A program made the translations under genes and the position numbers. A DNA stretch of 64,000 nt from the human T2T-CHM13v2.0 reference genome, Homo sapiens, in NCBI RefSeq assembly GCF_009914755.1, contig NC_060941.1; one strand, written 5' to 3'. Positions 14,842 to 29,954 of the stretch are shown piece after piece. The stretch's first letter is position 1. Every line of letters begins with the position of its first letter. The notes under the pieces were generated by a model, which saw nothing but the letters and a program-made list of their open reading frames with translations, ran no database searches and was not told the origin of the DNA.

Positions 14842-16575
14842 TAGACCTAGAAGGGGCTTTGCAGACCCTTTTACAGATGAGAAAACTGAGGCTCAAGAAT
14901 AACATTCTGACCTTGGTCTCTTCGGTCAGGACGCCGTGGACCCTGGCTGGGCCTGCTTCTGCCCCTGAGTCCGCACTGCTGCCTCTCACTGAGGACAGTT
15001 GTCGGTGTTGGTGTCAGATTGTGTCAGTAATCGTAGTAAGAATGAATCAAGTATGGGGTATCCTGGTTCAAATTTGATAATCCAAGAGGAAGGAGAATCA
15101 CTACTTGCCCAGAAATAATGGAAGGCCAAGATGATCTGACGACCTTGTAAGGAGATCACCAGTGCTCTGGGACTGAACCCATCTGCTGGGTCCTGGGGTA
15201 GCTCTGTTGACTGCCCTCTGCTGAAAAGGAGTCAGGTTGCACCTCTGGGGTCCAGGACGCAGGTGATTGCATTTTATCAGCATCTTTCTCACAGGCCACC
15301 CCCCAGCAAGGTAGACATGGGTCAGCCCTGCCAACTTTGGAATGAATCATTTCTTTCAAATAACTAGCGACTGACGTTCGGGGCAGTCTGAAAAATGAAT
15401 TATGGGCTCTCACGATTTTTATTTGTCCATGGTGGCATAGGTGGTATTTATCTCTCTTGTCCTTGCTCTCCCCGACTTTTGGAGCCTTTGTCTCTGTCTG
15501 AGTCAGCATGACATGGTTTGAAAATTGCCTGTTTGGCTTTTAATGATGATTAATGTCCATAGCCATGTTTCAAATTTAGGATCTCTTGAAGAGTCTCCGA
15601 GACCGTTACCAAGAGCAACCTGCCGAGGGAGTCGGCGCAGAGCTCCGTACTTTCCCAGCCTGAATTAGATTCCTCCCAAACTTCTCCATCTTTCCACCAG
15701 CACCCCGTGGGCCCTTCTTGGGTCTTTGACACCAGGAGCTGAGCTGGCCTGCCCATCTGGCAAGCTCCAACCACCCTCTTGGGTTAGTGCCTGTCCCATG
15801 GCCTATCTGGAAGGGTCACTTTTTCTTGCTTCTTCCTCCCCACCCCCAAATCAGAGAGGCCAATGAGGAGCTTAATTTCCTCAACAGCAGGTGTCTGTCA
15901 TCTATCTGAAGATAGTTGCCAACATCTGGTACAATTGCCTCCGCAAACGCAGTAACAAGGCGGCCTGCAGTTCAGGCGCAGAGCGAGCATCGCCGCTTTA
16001 ATGATAACAAGCTGTTGGCCTCCCCTCTGAGATGAATCCATCTCACAGATGTTTGTCTAGTTTTGGCAATCGTATTGCACTATAGCTTTGGTGATTATGC
16101 TCGACTGGAGACTATTACAATAAAAGAAGTTTGAACTTGTTCCATTTTTATACCCCACCCCCTTCTCCCCTGTTCTGAGGTATAATTTATATCAATGGCT
16201 GTAATATTGGTTCCCTTACTGAGGCCTCTTTACTTTTTATGATGTCGGTGGAGCTGCAGCTGATAGCCTGGCTTCCTCCACAGGTTAATGTGTTTTGGCT
16301 CCATCAGCGCTTTTAATGTCCACGCTTAATGGCCCCGTGGCAGTCCCCTCACCCTCTGTCAAAGCGCATGTTGACACTGAGAGGTCATGTGATTACTTTG
16401 ACGGAGTATCTCCAGCTGTAGATAGTTACAGCTTGTGTGTGTATGTAGGGCGTGAACATGGGGCGTGTGGAAGGCCTGATGCTTGCACAGGACGGAGTAG
16501 ATCAGAAGGAGAGGTTTTTCCTGAAGGTGGCAACAGTAAGAGACAAGGCCTGGGAATGTAGAACCTTCTAGACTA

Positions 16576-16963
<388 letters not shown>

Positions 16964-17262
16964 CAAAATAAATAGAAATCACACCTTGGTGAAAGGGCAT
17001 TTGGAGGCCTGTCAGGTAGTTTATGCTGCAGTGTTTGACATTTTGGGCTTTAATTACACAGTGGTTTAATATTTAATACTATCAAATGTTACACAGCTTT
17101 ACAATTATAGTTCTACATATGAAAATTGAAAGGAACTATCAATCCACTCAAATCGTATTTAGTGATAGTAAATACCAGGTATTTTAAATAATAACTCTCA
17201 TTAATTGCATCTCCACTGTGTACTAGGTACTACACGAACTGCTTTTATTAGTAGATAAATGG

Positions 17263-17550
<288 letters not shown>

Positions 17551-20369
17551 AGATAAATGGGTAATTCTTACAGTCTCCCTGTGAGGTAGGTATTCTTTTG
17601 TCTTGTCACAGGTGAGGAAAATGAGGGTCCGGGACAGGAAAGTACATGCCCAATGGCACAAAGCTGCCAAGGGACAGAGAGAGCGCTCAGTCCAGGGCTA
17701 GCAAACTCCAGACCCATGCTCATTCTCCAGCCATCATTGTCACCGCTAACCCTGCTCGTGGTCTGCTTTGATGTCATGGAAAAATTGGCCCATCTGAGAT
17801 GTGGCGCATTATATAAATCAGTACAGCGTAAATCACCATCATCACTTGACATTTAAGCCTTTTTTTCATTTTAATTTGGATATTACTTTGTCAAAGATTA
17901 GGCAACGTAATTTTGGCAAGGTGTTATTTTTGGCAATGCACTTACGAATGGGTGAGTCAGCCTGGCTGTGGATGCATCATTGGTGGCAGGGCACCATGGG
18001 TTTCTTTCTTTGTCCAGAAATAGACACTGGTCTCTGGACTGGTGACACTTCAGGAGGCTCCAGATGACTGTACTGGGTGCGTGTATAGCAGCCTTCTATG
18101 AGGAACTAAAGGGGCCACCTCATCTTGGCCTCTAGATAGGACTCTATTCTTTAATGAGTCCTTCAGATATGTGGGTTCGAGTCCCATAGGGAGAGAAAAA
18201 ACTTTTCCCAAAAAGTTAAAATAGAGTGATCTTTTGTGATGCATATCAAAATAAAAACCATGGGATGGCTTATGAAAATTAATGGAATTAAATTTCCCAG
18301 AAATGGCTAAAAATGTGCAGCTTGCAACCCAGCAGTTTATTAAAGACTTGAGAACATTATCTTCGCCATTCGAGTTAGATTTAAGTATATGCTTTTAACC
18401 TGGGCCACACACAGTAATAGAAGAAGCCCGACAGAAATGTAAAGACCTGCTAATTTCCTTTGTGATCTTGGGCCTCGTCTTACTTCTCTGGGCCTTGGCT
18501 ATCTTTTCTACAAATTTCGGCTTTGTAGACATTGGATGAGATTTCAGATCTCTTCCAGCCCTGTAGCTGCATTCTATTCTGTTGGCCAGCGCCTGCTCAT
18601 GCCTTTCCACAATTGAAGTGTCTGTTGCATGGATCACCATCACCATCCTCCTTCTGTTCTGAGCTACATCCCAAGTTGCCCAAAGTCAGGTTAAGTCCAG
18701 CATAATTTGCCATTTGTTAAAGTATGCCTGTTGATTTGTCATCTTTCCTTCTTGACTTCCCTCCCTCAGCACAGATCTCTCATGCCAGTAGTCAAATATA
18801 AAATTTTTCATACCCACCCAGCGTTTTGCATGGGTTCTTCACTCTCTCCTGCCCGCCCCTCCTCACCAAATGAGTTCTTTCTTTGCGAAGCTGGAGCCAA
18901 ACCACCAAAATGCCACAAAGACATGTGGCGCAGCTTTTTCCAGTTTTTCTCTTGCGGTAGTTACAATATTATTAAAAATCCATTAAATTTTAATGTACCC
19001 TATAAAATATGTGCTCTTGTGAAAGCAAGCACAGATAATTATTTCTGATGAATAAACCAAGAGGACAAGTATGTATGAAGTTCATGCTGCAGCATTCAAT
19101 TTTTATTATATACATCTCCTGCAGGGGCAATCACTGTGATGTTCCAGCTGGTTGTGTGGAGGGCTGGTTCTTCTCAGAGATCCTTTGGGGCAGCATGAAC
19201 CCTGAACTCTCCGAATGTTCTCAGAGCTTGTTATTACCTGGAAAGAGAGAGCCCTGTGTAGGAGCTGTCTTCTGTTAAGCTCTTCAAACAAAAGAATGAA
19301 GGACTAAATGAATCAGGATGAGAAAAATGCAGTCTCTCTAATACTCCAAGGTATCCTTCTGGGATGAGGAGGGAAAAATCAGACATACATTTGAAGATCT
19401 TCTACCTAGTAGCTCTGTTCCCTTGAGCCAGTCTCTTAGCTTCTCTGAGTATTTGTTTCCTAAATGGGAGATGAGCGTTCTCTCTGCCTTGGGGCTTAAC
19501 AGAGGCACAGAAGAGCCTGTGTCTGGCTCAGAGTGGGAATTCTGACTTGCGGGTTCCCTCTTTCAGTCTTTTTCTTCTTCTTCTGGAGATCCTTTGAAAG
19601 TTTTCTCATAGCTCCAGAAGTTGGAAAACAGAGCTGCTGCCTGGCCTCCTGGAGTCTGTGTGGTGTGAGGCTTGGGAGCCATTAACACATGACTATCTAG
19701 TGTCACAGCTGCTGGCTCTGGACATCTCCTGATGCTTCAGGGGTGGCTTCCATATTGGTTTCCAGAGGCTGCATGCACCTGCCAGGTGGATGGAAGTGTT
19801 TCCCATGGGAGTTGCTGGGCCCCTGTCTGCCTTCTCGGGGTGCCTGTGGCCTCTGTGCCTGATGACTCTAGGGCAGGGGTCTGATGACTCCAGGACAGCC
19901 AGTGTCATCCCTTTGCTTGCAGATGAGGTGGCTTAGAACCAAGAGGGAGGAGCTTAGCCCAGCAGACCCTCCTGGGATTTGTTGGAGGCTGTGCTTGGGA
20001 GTCGGACACCTGATCTGCTTTGCAATTTTATGAGGTCCAACTTCTGATCCTCAGCGAGGCCCCATTTCCTTCCTGGGGCAGGGTTAGTCATCCGGCCCTG
20101 CAGGAGGTGGGGCAGGACTCAGGAAGCACTTGGAATGGCCTGGAAATCATGGGCTATAAAAGCCTTTCTTCCCAGGGTGGCGGAGTGCACTACTCTCACA
20201 TTTAATCCTGCCCGGTATCCTGAAGAGGGGAGGGCCAGGGTTGTAGGTGAGTTGCATGGAGTTATTCTGGAATATTCCACAACTACAGTTGGGACTCAGC
20301 TGCTGGGATCAGTGGTGAAGAAAGTCCCACATTTTGCACAGAATTGGGTGATCTGTAAATGAAGGAAGT

Positions 20370-20950
20370 TTATTTTTAACAGCATTATGATTTTGTTTAA
20401 AAACGAAAAGACATACTAGAAAAAATTAAATACATAAGTAAACAGAGAACTAACAAATCCTCTCATCTCATCACCATGAGATAACCCACAGTAACATTTT
20501 GGTGTAGGCTTCCAGAGGTCTGTCTGCACATATATAAACTACGGTTGTGTACACTTTTATATAAATGAGATCATATGTGGTGTTTGCCAGATGGCCTTTT
20601 CTGGTCAGTAGTATGTCAGAGGCATTTTTCCATGTGATTGTACCCTACATGGTCATATTTGTTGCCTTCATTGTTTCTGTGATATCGATGCACTATGATT
20701 GACTTACGCAAACCCTTAGTTAGGATCATTTAGGTTGTTTGCAGTATCATTATGATCATTGTTTGGTATTATAGCCAGTTCTGGCAGGACCGCCCTTGTG
20801 CATGCATTTCTCTCCTGCTCCTGCAATACTTTTGACCTAGCAATTCCACTTCTAGGAATTTACAATAAGGAGATAATAATACGTTTTACAATTTGCTATT
20901 TATTGCCAAACTGCCCCACAGGGAGGTTGTACTAATTTACATTTCTACCA
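20370..20950 (-). mobile_element. Ancient L1 (L1ME-like) 3' fragment
   Basis: ATAAATGAGATCATA, CATTTAGGTTGTTT, TATTGCCAAACTGCCC...GGTTGTACTAATTTACATT are antisense L1M 3' motifs. Confidence 0.75.
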
Positions 20951-22197
20951 GTTAAGGCAGCATAAGAGTGAGCTTGAGCTTTTGGTCTTAGGATTTTTGT
21001 GCCCAAGTCTTTCTAAAATTTACATTCCTCTGAAATTTGTCATATGGAACATTTTTTTTTAATATTGAAGAGTGAGGAATCTGTTATACCTTGACTTTTA
21101 AATACTTGTTACATTGCCTCTCTGTTCTCTGATAATCCATGAAGTTGTAAATGGTTTTGACTGAGTGAGATACATGCAGGAGAGTTTCAGGATAGACCGG
21201 GGGTTGTGTTTCTGTTTCAGATTGTCATCTTGAAACAAAAATGGTGGCAAATAAAATGTTTTCAAGTGGATGTGTTTAGTCGTGATTTTTAATGGGTTTT
21301 TGATCATTGTTCCTAGCTGCATACCGGTTTTGTCCTAGAAAGGATATAGCTGAAGACAAATACTGACTTTTTCCTTCATCTAATACATTTGGCAATTACG
21401 TCTTGCCTTGTGAAAGCATTACCATTGTTATTTAAATTTTGCATTGCTCTTTTAAGATAACGTTCAGCTTGTTGCCTGTTTATCTCTTCCCTCCTGCTGC
21501 TCTTGTGTGCGTCCTCACGGCACATGGGGCAGTGCCCTACACTCAGTAGTCACCCAGTACCCATTTTGGGATTTTTCTCCAATTATAAAGTTTTAGCATT
21601 AGGAGGTCTCTGAGAGTCAACTTTTCCCCAATTGTAGACATGTTTTTGATCTTACATACATTTTAATTTATTTTTTTCATTCAGTAGTAAATGGTTGTTG
21701 AGTGCTTTTGATGTACCAGGTGCTGAGGTGACTGTGCCGTGACAGTGTCCCCATCCTCGTGCAGGTGATGAATGGGTGTCCATACAGCCTTGGAAATGCA
21801 CAGGCCTGGGGCACAGGCCTTTTTCCTCTCCTGTTGTTACCTTTTACATCTGCATTTGATAAAAACCTTCTCCAGAGAAAGGCTTAGAGTTCACAGAACC
21901 TTTATTTCAATGGAGGTCTGCAGTGTTCAGCGTTAGAGTGAAGATTTTCATGAAGCATGGCCTGACAGAGAAGTGTTTGAGGAAGAGATTAAATGGAAGC
22001 AAACTCTTTCCATCTCTTGGGGAAATGGGAGATGCGGGTGTCCACTGGAGCCAGGGCTTCTAAATTTTAAAATCACTTCTTCACCAGGCTGAAGCCGGGG
22101 TGCCCCCACGGAAGGTACTGTTGAATTGCTTCGAAGGTTTCTCATTGAGAGAAGCTCTCTGTTTCTCCTAGTTGGGACTGGCATGAATAAAAGCAGA

Positions 22198-22738
<541 letters not shown>

Positions 22739-23073
22739 TTATTAATACATTGAATTACAAAGTTATTTAATCCAGCCTCTCCATCCAATCCATATGGGAA
22801 TCTCATCCGCAGTATTCCTGACAAATTTGATTTGTTAGGAATCTCTTTTAATCTTTCATATTTGATCGGCTTTTAATGGTTTAAGGAAGAACATTTCAGG
22901 AGTAAAAATCTGCTTCCCTGCTTAAAGAGCACATAGTTCCTTATTTTGGCTTTGTGAGCTCTGCAGTGGGACAACTCTTTCCCTTTCCCACATATTTTGA
23001 ATAATTCTTTAATATATATTGACATAGATATTACTATATATTATATACATTAGCTATATAGACATATAAAAGA

Positions 23074-23165
23074 TATTTTCACTGTCTCAGCAAGGGGAAT
23101 GCAGCAGGAAAACAGGGTGATAGTGGGGAGAAAGTCAGCAAGAAAACGTGAGCAAAGGAATGTTT
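23074..23165 (-). mobile_element. Short ERVK (HML) LTR fragment, LTR13/LTR5/MER11-like
   Basis: Reverse complement TTCCTTTGCTCACGTTTTCTTGCTGACTTTCTCCCCACTATCACCCTGTTTTCCTGCTGCATTCCCCTTGCTGAGACAGTGAAAATA resembles the segment preceding the poly(A) signal in HERV-K-family LTRs. Confidence 0.7.
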
Positions 23166-23190
23166 GTATATCAGTGCTTTGATATACATG

Positions 23191-23700
23191 TTAGTGGTTC
23201 TCAAATTTGGCTATATATTATAATGATCTAAAGAGCTTTTCAAAAATACAAATTCATGGACCCATCTTTGGAGATTAGATGGTAGGACTGTGGTAAAATC
23301 TGAACATCTTTGTTTGTTTTTATGAGACAAGGTCTTACTCTGTCACCCAGGCTGGTGTGCAGTGGCATGATCGTGGCTCACTGAAGCCTCCATCTCTGGG
23401 CTCAAGCAATCCTCCCACCTCAGCCTCCCTAAGTGTTGGGATTACAGGCATGAGCCACCCCACCTGGCCTTTATTTTATTTTATTTTTTAAAAGAGATGT
23501 GGCCTTGCCCTGTCACCCAGGCTGGACCCATGCTGGAGTGTAGTGGCCTGATCATGGTTCACTGCAGCCTCAAACTCCTGGGCACAAGTGATGCCCCCAC
23601 CTCAGCCTCCTAAGAACCCAGGATTATAGGTGTGCGCCACTGCTTCTGGCTGGGCATCTTTTTTTAAAAGTCCTAATGTACAGCTGCAATTGTGAAACAT
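23191..23700. mobile_element. MER5-like DNA transposon interrupted by Alu monomers
   Basis: TAGTGGTTCTCAAA...AGAGCTTTTCAAAAATAC terminus; resumes GGGCATCTTTTTTTAAAAG after 23651. Confidence 0.55.
23309..23651 (-). mobile_element. Two tandem Alu right-arm-type monomers (FRAM/FAM/AluJ-like)
   Basis: Units 23309-23469 and 23470-23651 each contain the right-arm GCAGTGG...GCTCACTG segment and their own T-rich tail. Confidence 0.8.
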
Positions 23701-24941
23701 TCATTACCTGTTTTCATATTTAGAATGAGGGTAATCCTTCTAGAGGCACACAAAGTTAGCTGAGTAGCAAAAAGCTGGGTCTCAAACCAAGGTCTTCTAA
23801 TTTCAAATATCATGTTTTATCTACTTTACCATGAAGCTGAATTGTGTGAGCACAATTATGAGGTCTCCTTTGCCTCCCACCCTCGCTGTATTGTCCATTT
23901 TCCAAGGTAAACACACCCAGTTCTTTCAGTTCTTTTTACTCTGTGATTTCAGTGCCTTCTGCTCTCCTAGTAATAATATATTTACCAGCCAGCATATATT
24001 TATGATCAGTATACATTTGTGATGCATTCTATGGGCCAGGTACAGGGCTAGGCATTGGGACTCCAGAGTGCCTGGAGGAGAAGATCCCCCACGCTTAAAT
24101 ATAGTACATTTGACATAGTCCTTATCCTTAGTGCCCTCAAGACCTTTCCCAGCATATCTGGCTCTTCATAACATGGAGAGCTAGTGGTCCTTCCTGGATC
24201 TGCGTGTCCTCAGTCTAACCCCTGCAGATCTCCCTTCATGTGGGTAGGGCCTTCTAGATGGCACCTGGGCTATGCCGACTTAACCCTGCATTTCAGGCTG
24301 ATCCCACACAGCCTCCAAATAGGCACTATTGCTCTAAGGTGCCTGGGAGAGAAAAGGTTGGCCCCGGTTTTGGAAACTTTGGGGTTTTGCGTGTGTCTAA
24401 AAAGATTATCTTCAGTAGTTTTGCTCTCCCAGTGAGAAAAGGAGAGGCTGATCATGTGCTGCCAGACACTGGGCAAAGGGTGATGTTTGTAATGACCATC
24501 CAGTGACTCCTGCTGCCGCTGTCCTTCCTGCCTGGATGTTTTTGGAGCTTCCGTCTACTCATTCAGCATCCAGGGAGGCTGTGATGAAGTAAGGACCATC
24601 TGTTAGGGACCAGATAGCAAGGACATTTGCAGCGCATTGAAGGTTGGCCTGGATGACCAGCAAGGGTTTTTCCTGCCCTGCATGCCTGGACTCCCACCTC
24701 CCCACCCCTGGTTAGGCTTCCTGGTTGTGGGGAGTCATAGCCAGTGGAGCTCTAGTCTGTAACAAACACACCATCGGAACAACAAACCCTCAGGTCTTTC
24801 ACATTGATTAGATAATTAAAAAAAAAAAAACAATTAAAATAGCTAAGCAAAAGGGAGAATTTCCGGTCTCATCCTGGAGAACCAGCATTTTGGTGTGTGT
24901 CCTTCCACACTTTGAGCACATTCACTCTGCAGTTGTCACAC

Positions 24942-25150
24942 TGGTGATGAACGTGGACACTGGGAGCAGGCAGGCCTGGCTGCCATTCTTGCCCCCATCA
25001 CTTCCCAAGTGTGTGACCTTGGGCAAATTCATCTGTAAAATGGTGATACAGTAGAAAGTGTTTGATAGGATTGGGAGTCTTAAGGGAAACAGATGCATGG
25101 AAGTCCTCAGCAGAGGACCTCACACACAGTGAATTCTCAATCCGATGTTT
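24942..25150 (+). mobile_element. MIR
   Basis: GTGTGTGACCTTGGGCAAAT...CATCTGTAAAATGG core. Confidence 0.75.
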
Positions 25151-28100
25151 ATTTAAATCATATGTGCCTTGTTATTTGTAAGGATGGAACTCCCTGCAAT
25201 GTCTTGAGGTTGTTAGCGTGTGACCATGAGTACTAGTACACAGTGCCCATTCATTGGAAATTCTGTAGCCACCGAAGAAAACTCACCTCAAAGTGAAGTG
25301 ATGCTCTTTTGATGGTAAACACCATTGTTTTGCTGCACAGTAATTAGGCATGAATGGCAAACAGTTCACATCAGTGATTGTAATTAATTAGTATAAACAT
25401 TTTTTTTTTCCAGCCAAATCTCAGTCCGCCTTCTTTCTCTTATCATGTGGTTGTCTGGTGTTGGTAATCAGTGTCCACACTGCCCCTGGGGCAAGTTCCT
25501 TGAAGGCAGGAATGGCAGTTTCTTCTTTGTACCCCCTGCCCCACTCCTGGTCTGGCAAATGGGGGCTCAGGAAGTGCTGGTGCTGCAGGACAGCTGTTCC
25601 TTCATTCACTCAAAAGTTCTCGTTAATATGCATGCCTCTAAAGCAATGGCCTTATTTTCATTGGATTTATTTTTCTTGTTCTTGCTCTTCACCTCTCATT
25701 TTCCCATATGAGAGACTCCGGGGCTGCACTCAACAGATTCTGTCTGTCTGTCTTCTTCTCAAGGCTGGAGATCTCTAAGCACCCACTTTTCCCTGGCCCA
25801 TGTGCTGGTGGCCCTGAGTTTCTAGACTTAGCTTGCCCTCTGACCCAAGGATGGTGGCCCAAGTTGGCAGAGGTGGTGGGAGGAAGCAAGGCTGTGGTGG
25901 TGGTTGGGTGGAGGAATCAGAGCATAGGGGGTCCTCTGACCATGAAGATGAAGGAGTTTTCACTGTTTATAGAATCTGCATTGGCTGTCCTGCCCGCCTC
26001 TTCTTCCTGAATTTGGCACTGGTTATGATTTTAGGAGCACGGAGAAGACTCCTCCAAGAATTAGAAACAAACAAATTCCATTTCCTCTCTCTTTGGCTGT
26101 AAAGCCTTTAACTGAGGACCACGTGTTTTATTCCACAATTGGGTGAAATGCCCTCAGTTGCTGAAACCCATTCCATGTCAGATGGTATCTCCTGCCCATT
26201 CATTGTGACCCTCCCGTTTTGAAGAATTTATCCCTCCAGGCCCAGTTTTTCTGTAACTGGCACAGATTCACAGGTGGGAGCCCAGGCAGGCTGCACTCTA
26301 GGCATCGGCCCTCTCTCCTCCCCTGATGCTCAGAGCCAGGCTCCTCCTGAGCACAAAAATCAGAGCCCTGTGGTTCAGAACGGCCACCATGTAGGATGTG
26401 GGTGGCACCAGCTCCTTGGGCCCGAACTGGCAGCACAGCCAGGGAATGTCCTTAGATGTTAAATGGGTCGCAGGTGAAATGAGCTGTTTGTGTCCTTGCA
26501 TTGTGAGTGTCCATGCTTTCCTTTGAATTTACAGGGAGAGGCAGGTGGTAGGTTTGGGGGTCCCAAGGCCAGCTGTGTTGTAGCATGGTCGGTGCGGCAT
26601 GTCTTTTATATAACCTGCATGTGGGTTACTGGAGGCCAGAGGCACCTGTGGTCTTGGAATGAGGATCTCTTTGACGTGAGAAGACAGATGTCAAAACAAC
26701 TTCCTGCCACCCCTGGAGCTGTTTGTCCAAGATCAGCCATTGCATCTTCCTGTCTGGCAGATTGCATTCCTCCCCTTACCTGTTTGCCTTCTGGAAGACT
26801 TGATTGTGGTGGCAAGAAGATAGGCCCCATCAGGGTGGGCCTCATTCCAGCTTTGCAGCAAACAAGCTCTGATTTGTTGGGGAGGCTGGGAGGGACCCCA
26901 CTTCACTCTCTGCCCCCAGTGTCCACCTGCACTTGGGCAAGTCAGCCAGTTGGTTCTGTAGACAGAACACCCCCTTGCAGCACAGACTCCACCGGGCATT
27001 TGGCGGCGGTGTGGAATATGAAGAGAAGGCTTCCCCCAGTCTGTAGGTACAACTTGCTCTGTCCCTTTGCAGCACAAATGTGTTCCCAGTAATCTGTGCC
27101 TCTCTCCCCTCAACACGTTCAGCCTTTAATTGTAACTATTAATCACGCCGAGTTGTGTCGCACTTCATAACCCTTCCATTAAATATTAAGCTTGAAAAAA
27201 ATTGAGCTGTCTTAATTGAATTATTGAATTACCAGGCACTTAATGTGGCTCTGGTGGATGAGAATCACGGAATTTCGGCTTTGGAAGGGATTTTAGTTTC
27301 CTTGTCTGTGACGTAGAGGGTGTGTGAGGCCCCGAGGAGCCAGGAGACTTGCTCAGGGTCGGTGGCCCAGAAGAAACTGGAGCTGGTGTCCCTCTTTCCG
27401 TGCCTTGTCCCACTGCCTCCTTATGGAGGAGGCTGTATTCCTGGGCTCATAGCCATTCTCAGGTTTCTGCGGTGTGCATTTCTCTAGTGGTTCCCAGCAT
27501 TGGGGTTGGGTTTTTAGGTGGACGCAGTCACATGTGGGCATTTGAAGGGCTGCCCTCTCTGGAATCAGGCAGTCTGTCCTTGGGATGAGATGCTAGCTGG
27601 CCCTTTGGCTTCTTCCTTAGAGATGTTTATGCTCATGGCCTCGGCCACTCTCCCTCTTCCTCCAGGTTTCCGCCGGCAGCCCAGGCCTCTCCCTGTCTGA
27701 CTCCCCCACTCCCTTTCTGCTGGGCATTTCCATTTGAATGTTCCAGGCTCATCTCACCTTCGCCCTCCTCACACTGACCTCACTGACTCCAGTCTGGTCT
27801 CCTGCCCTGAGTCCCTGTCTAGGAGAAGAATGGCGTTTCTGACAGCTCTTCCTGACTCACTCGTTGAGACCGATGCTTATCTGCTAAGCGATTCCTGTGT
27901 TCACTCCTTCTCTCTTCTGTCTGCTGTCCCCATCACAAGCAAGACTGAACCCCTTCTGCTTCCTGATGTGATTCCTTGTCACGGTCCCTCTTGCTCCAAC
28001 CTGTGTTGCCCTTTGCTACCAGACGCGACTTCCTGAAATCCTGTTTTCAGCAGACGATCCTCTGTTCCCAACTTGCAGTGGCTCCCTACTTCCTGCCACA

Positions 28101-28281
28101 GTGAATCTACAGTCCTCTCAACTCAGTTCACGTCCGTGGGCCCTTCCAGAGTGACAGGCACCATGATCAGTGCTGCCACCTCCCTTTCGAGAAAGGATTT
28201 GAGACCTGTGTGGAACAACTCGGAAAGGGAGGCTCAGACACTGCAGGCGGCTTCTCTAAGGTGACACGCCAAGTTGTTGGG

Positions 28282-28689
28282 TGTACTGGGTTGAATGGTG
28301 TTCTCTCCCAAATTCGTGTTCACCTGGAACCTCAGAATGTGACCTTATTTGTAAATAGGGTCTTTGCAGATATAATTAGGTAACATGCTGTTGGGAGGAG
28401 GGTGCTAATGCAGTGACTGGTATCCTTATAAGAAGATCTGAAGTCGAACCCAGGACACACATGGGGAGAAGACCCCGTGAACATAGAGACAGGGATCAGA
28501 GTGATGCATCCACAAGCCATGGGACACCAAGGATTGCTAGGAGCCCCCAGAAGGCAGGAGCAAGGCATGGGACAGACTCTCCCCAGAGCTTTAGAAGGAC
28601 AGCTTCTAGAACTGCGAGACGTAAATTCCTGGTGGTTTAAGCCACCTGGTTGCAGGACTTTGTTACAGCAGCCCTAGAAAACCAAGACA
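28282..28689 (+). mobile_element. MLT1 (MLT1C-like) MaLR solo LTR
   Basis: TGTACTGGGTTGAATGGTG...CCTCAGAATGTGACCTTATTTG...AGGGTCTTTGCAGAT...TTTAAGCCACC...TTTGTTACAGCAGCCCTAG...ACA; TG...CA ends. Confidence 0.9.
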
Positions 28690-29024
28690 ATAGGGAAGCT
28701 GTGTTTTGAAGCCACGAATTCTGAGTGCAGGAATGTTCTCACTGTACACAGCTGCCACCCATGCCTGGCCTCCCAGACTTCCCTAATGCGGACCCTCGCT
28801 TTGTTAATGGGTGATTGCCCGCTGTCTTCAGAGTTGATCAGCCCCAGAGATGCTCCCCTTCCTTAAGCGCCGCTCATGCGGATTGTGGTTGTACTGTTGC
28901 GTGTTCCTCTGGCCCCCTCCTTCTCTGTTCCTAACCAGTGTTTTTTGTATGATGTGAATATTTTAAATTTTAATTTAATTTTTGGTGGGGAAATACAATG
29001 TGATGTTTAAATTTTTAAAAATGT

Positions 29025-29945
<921 letters not shown>

Positions 29946-29954
29946 AAGGCCAGC

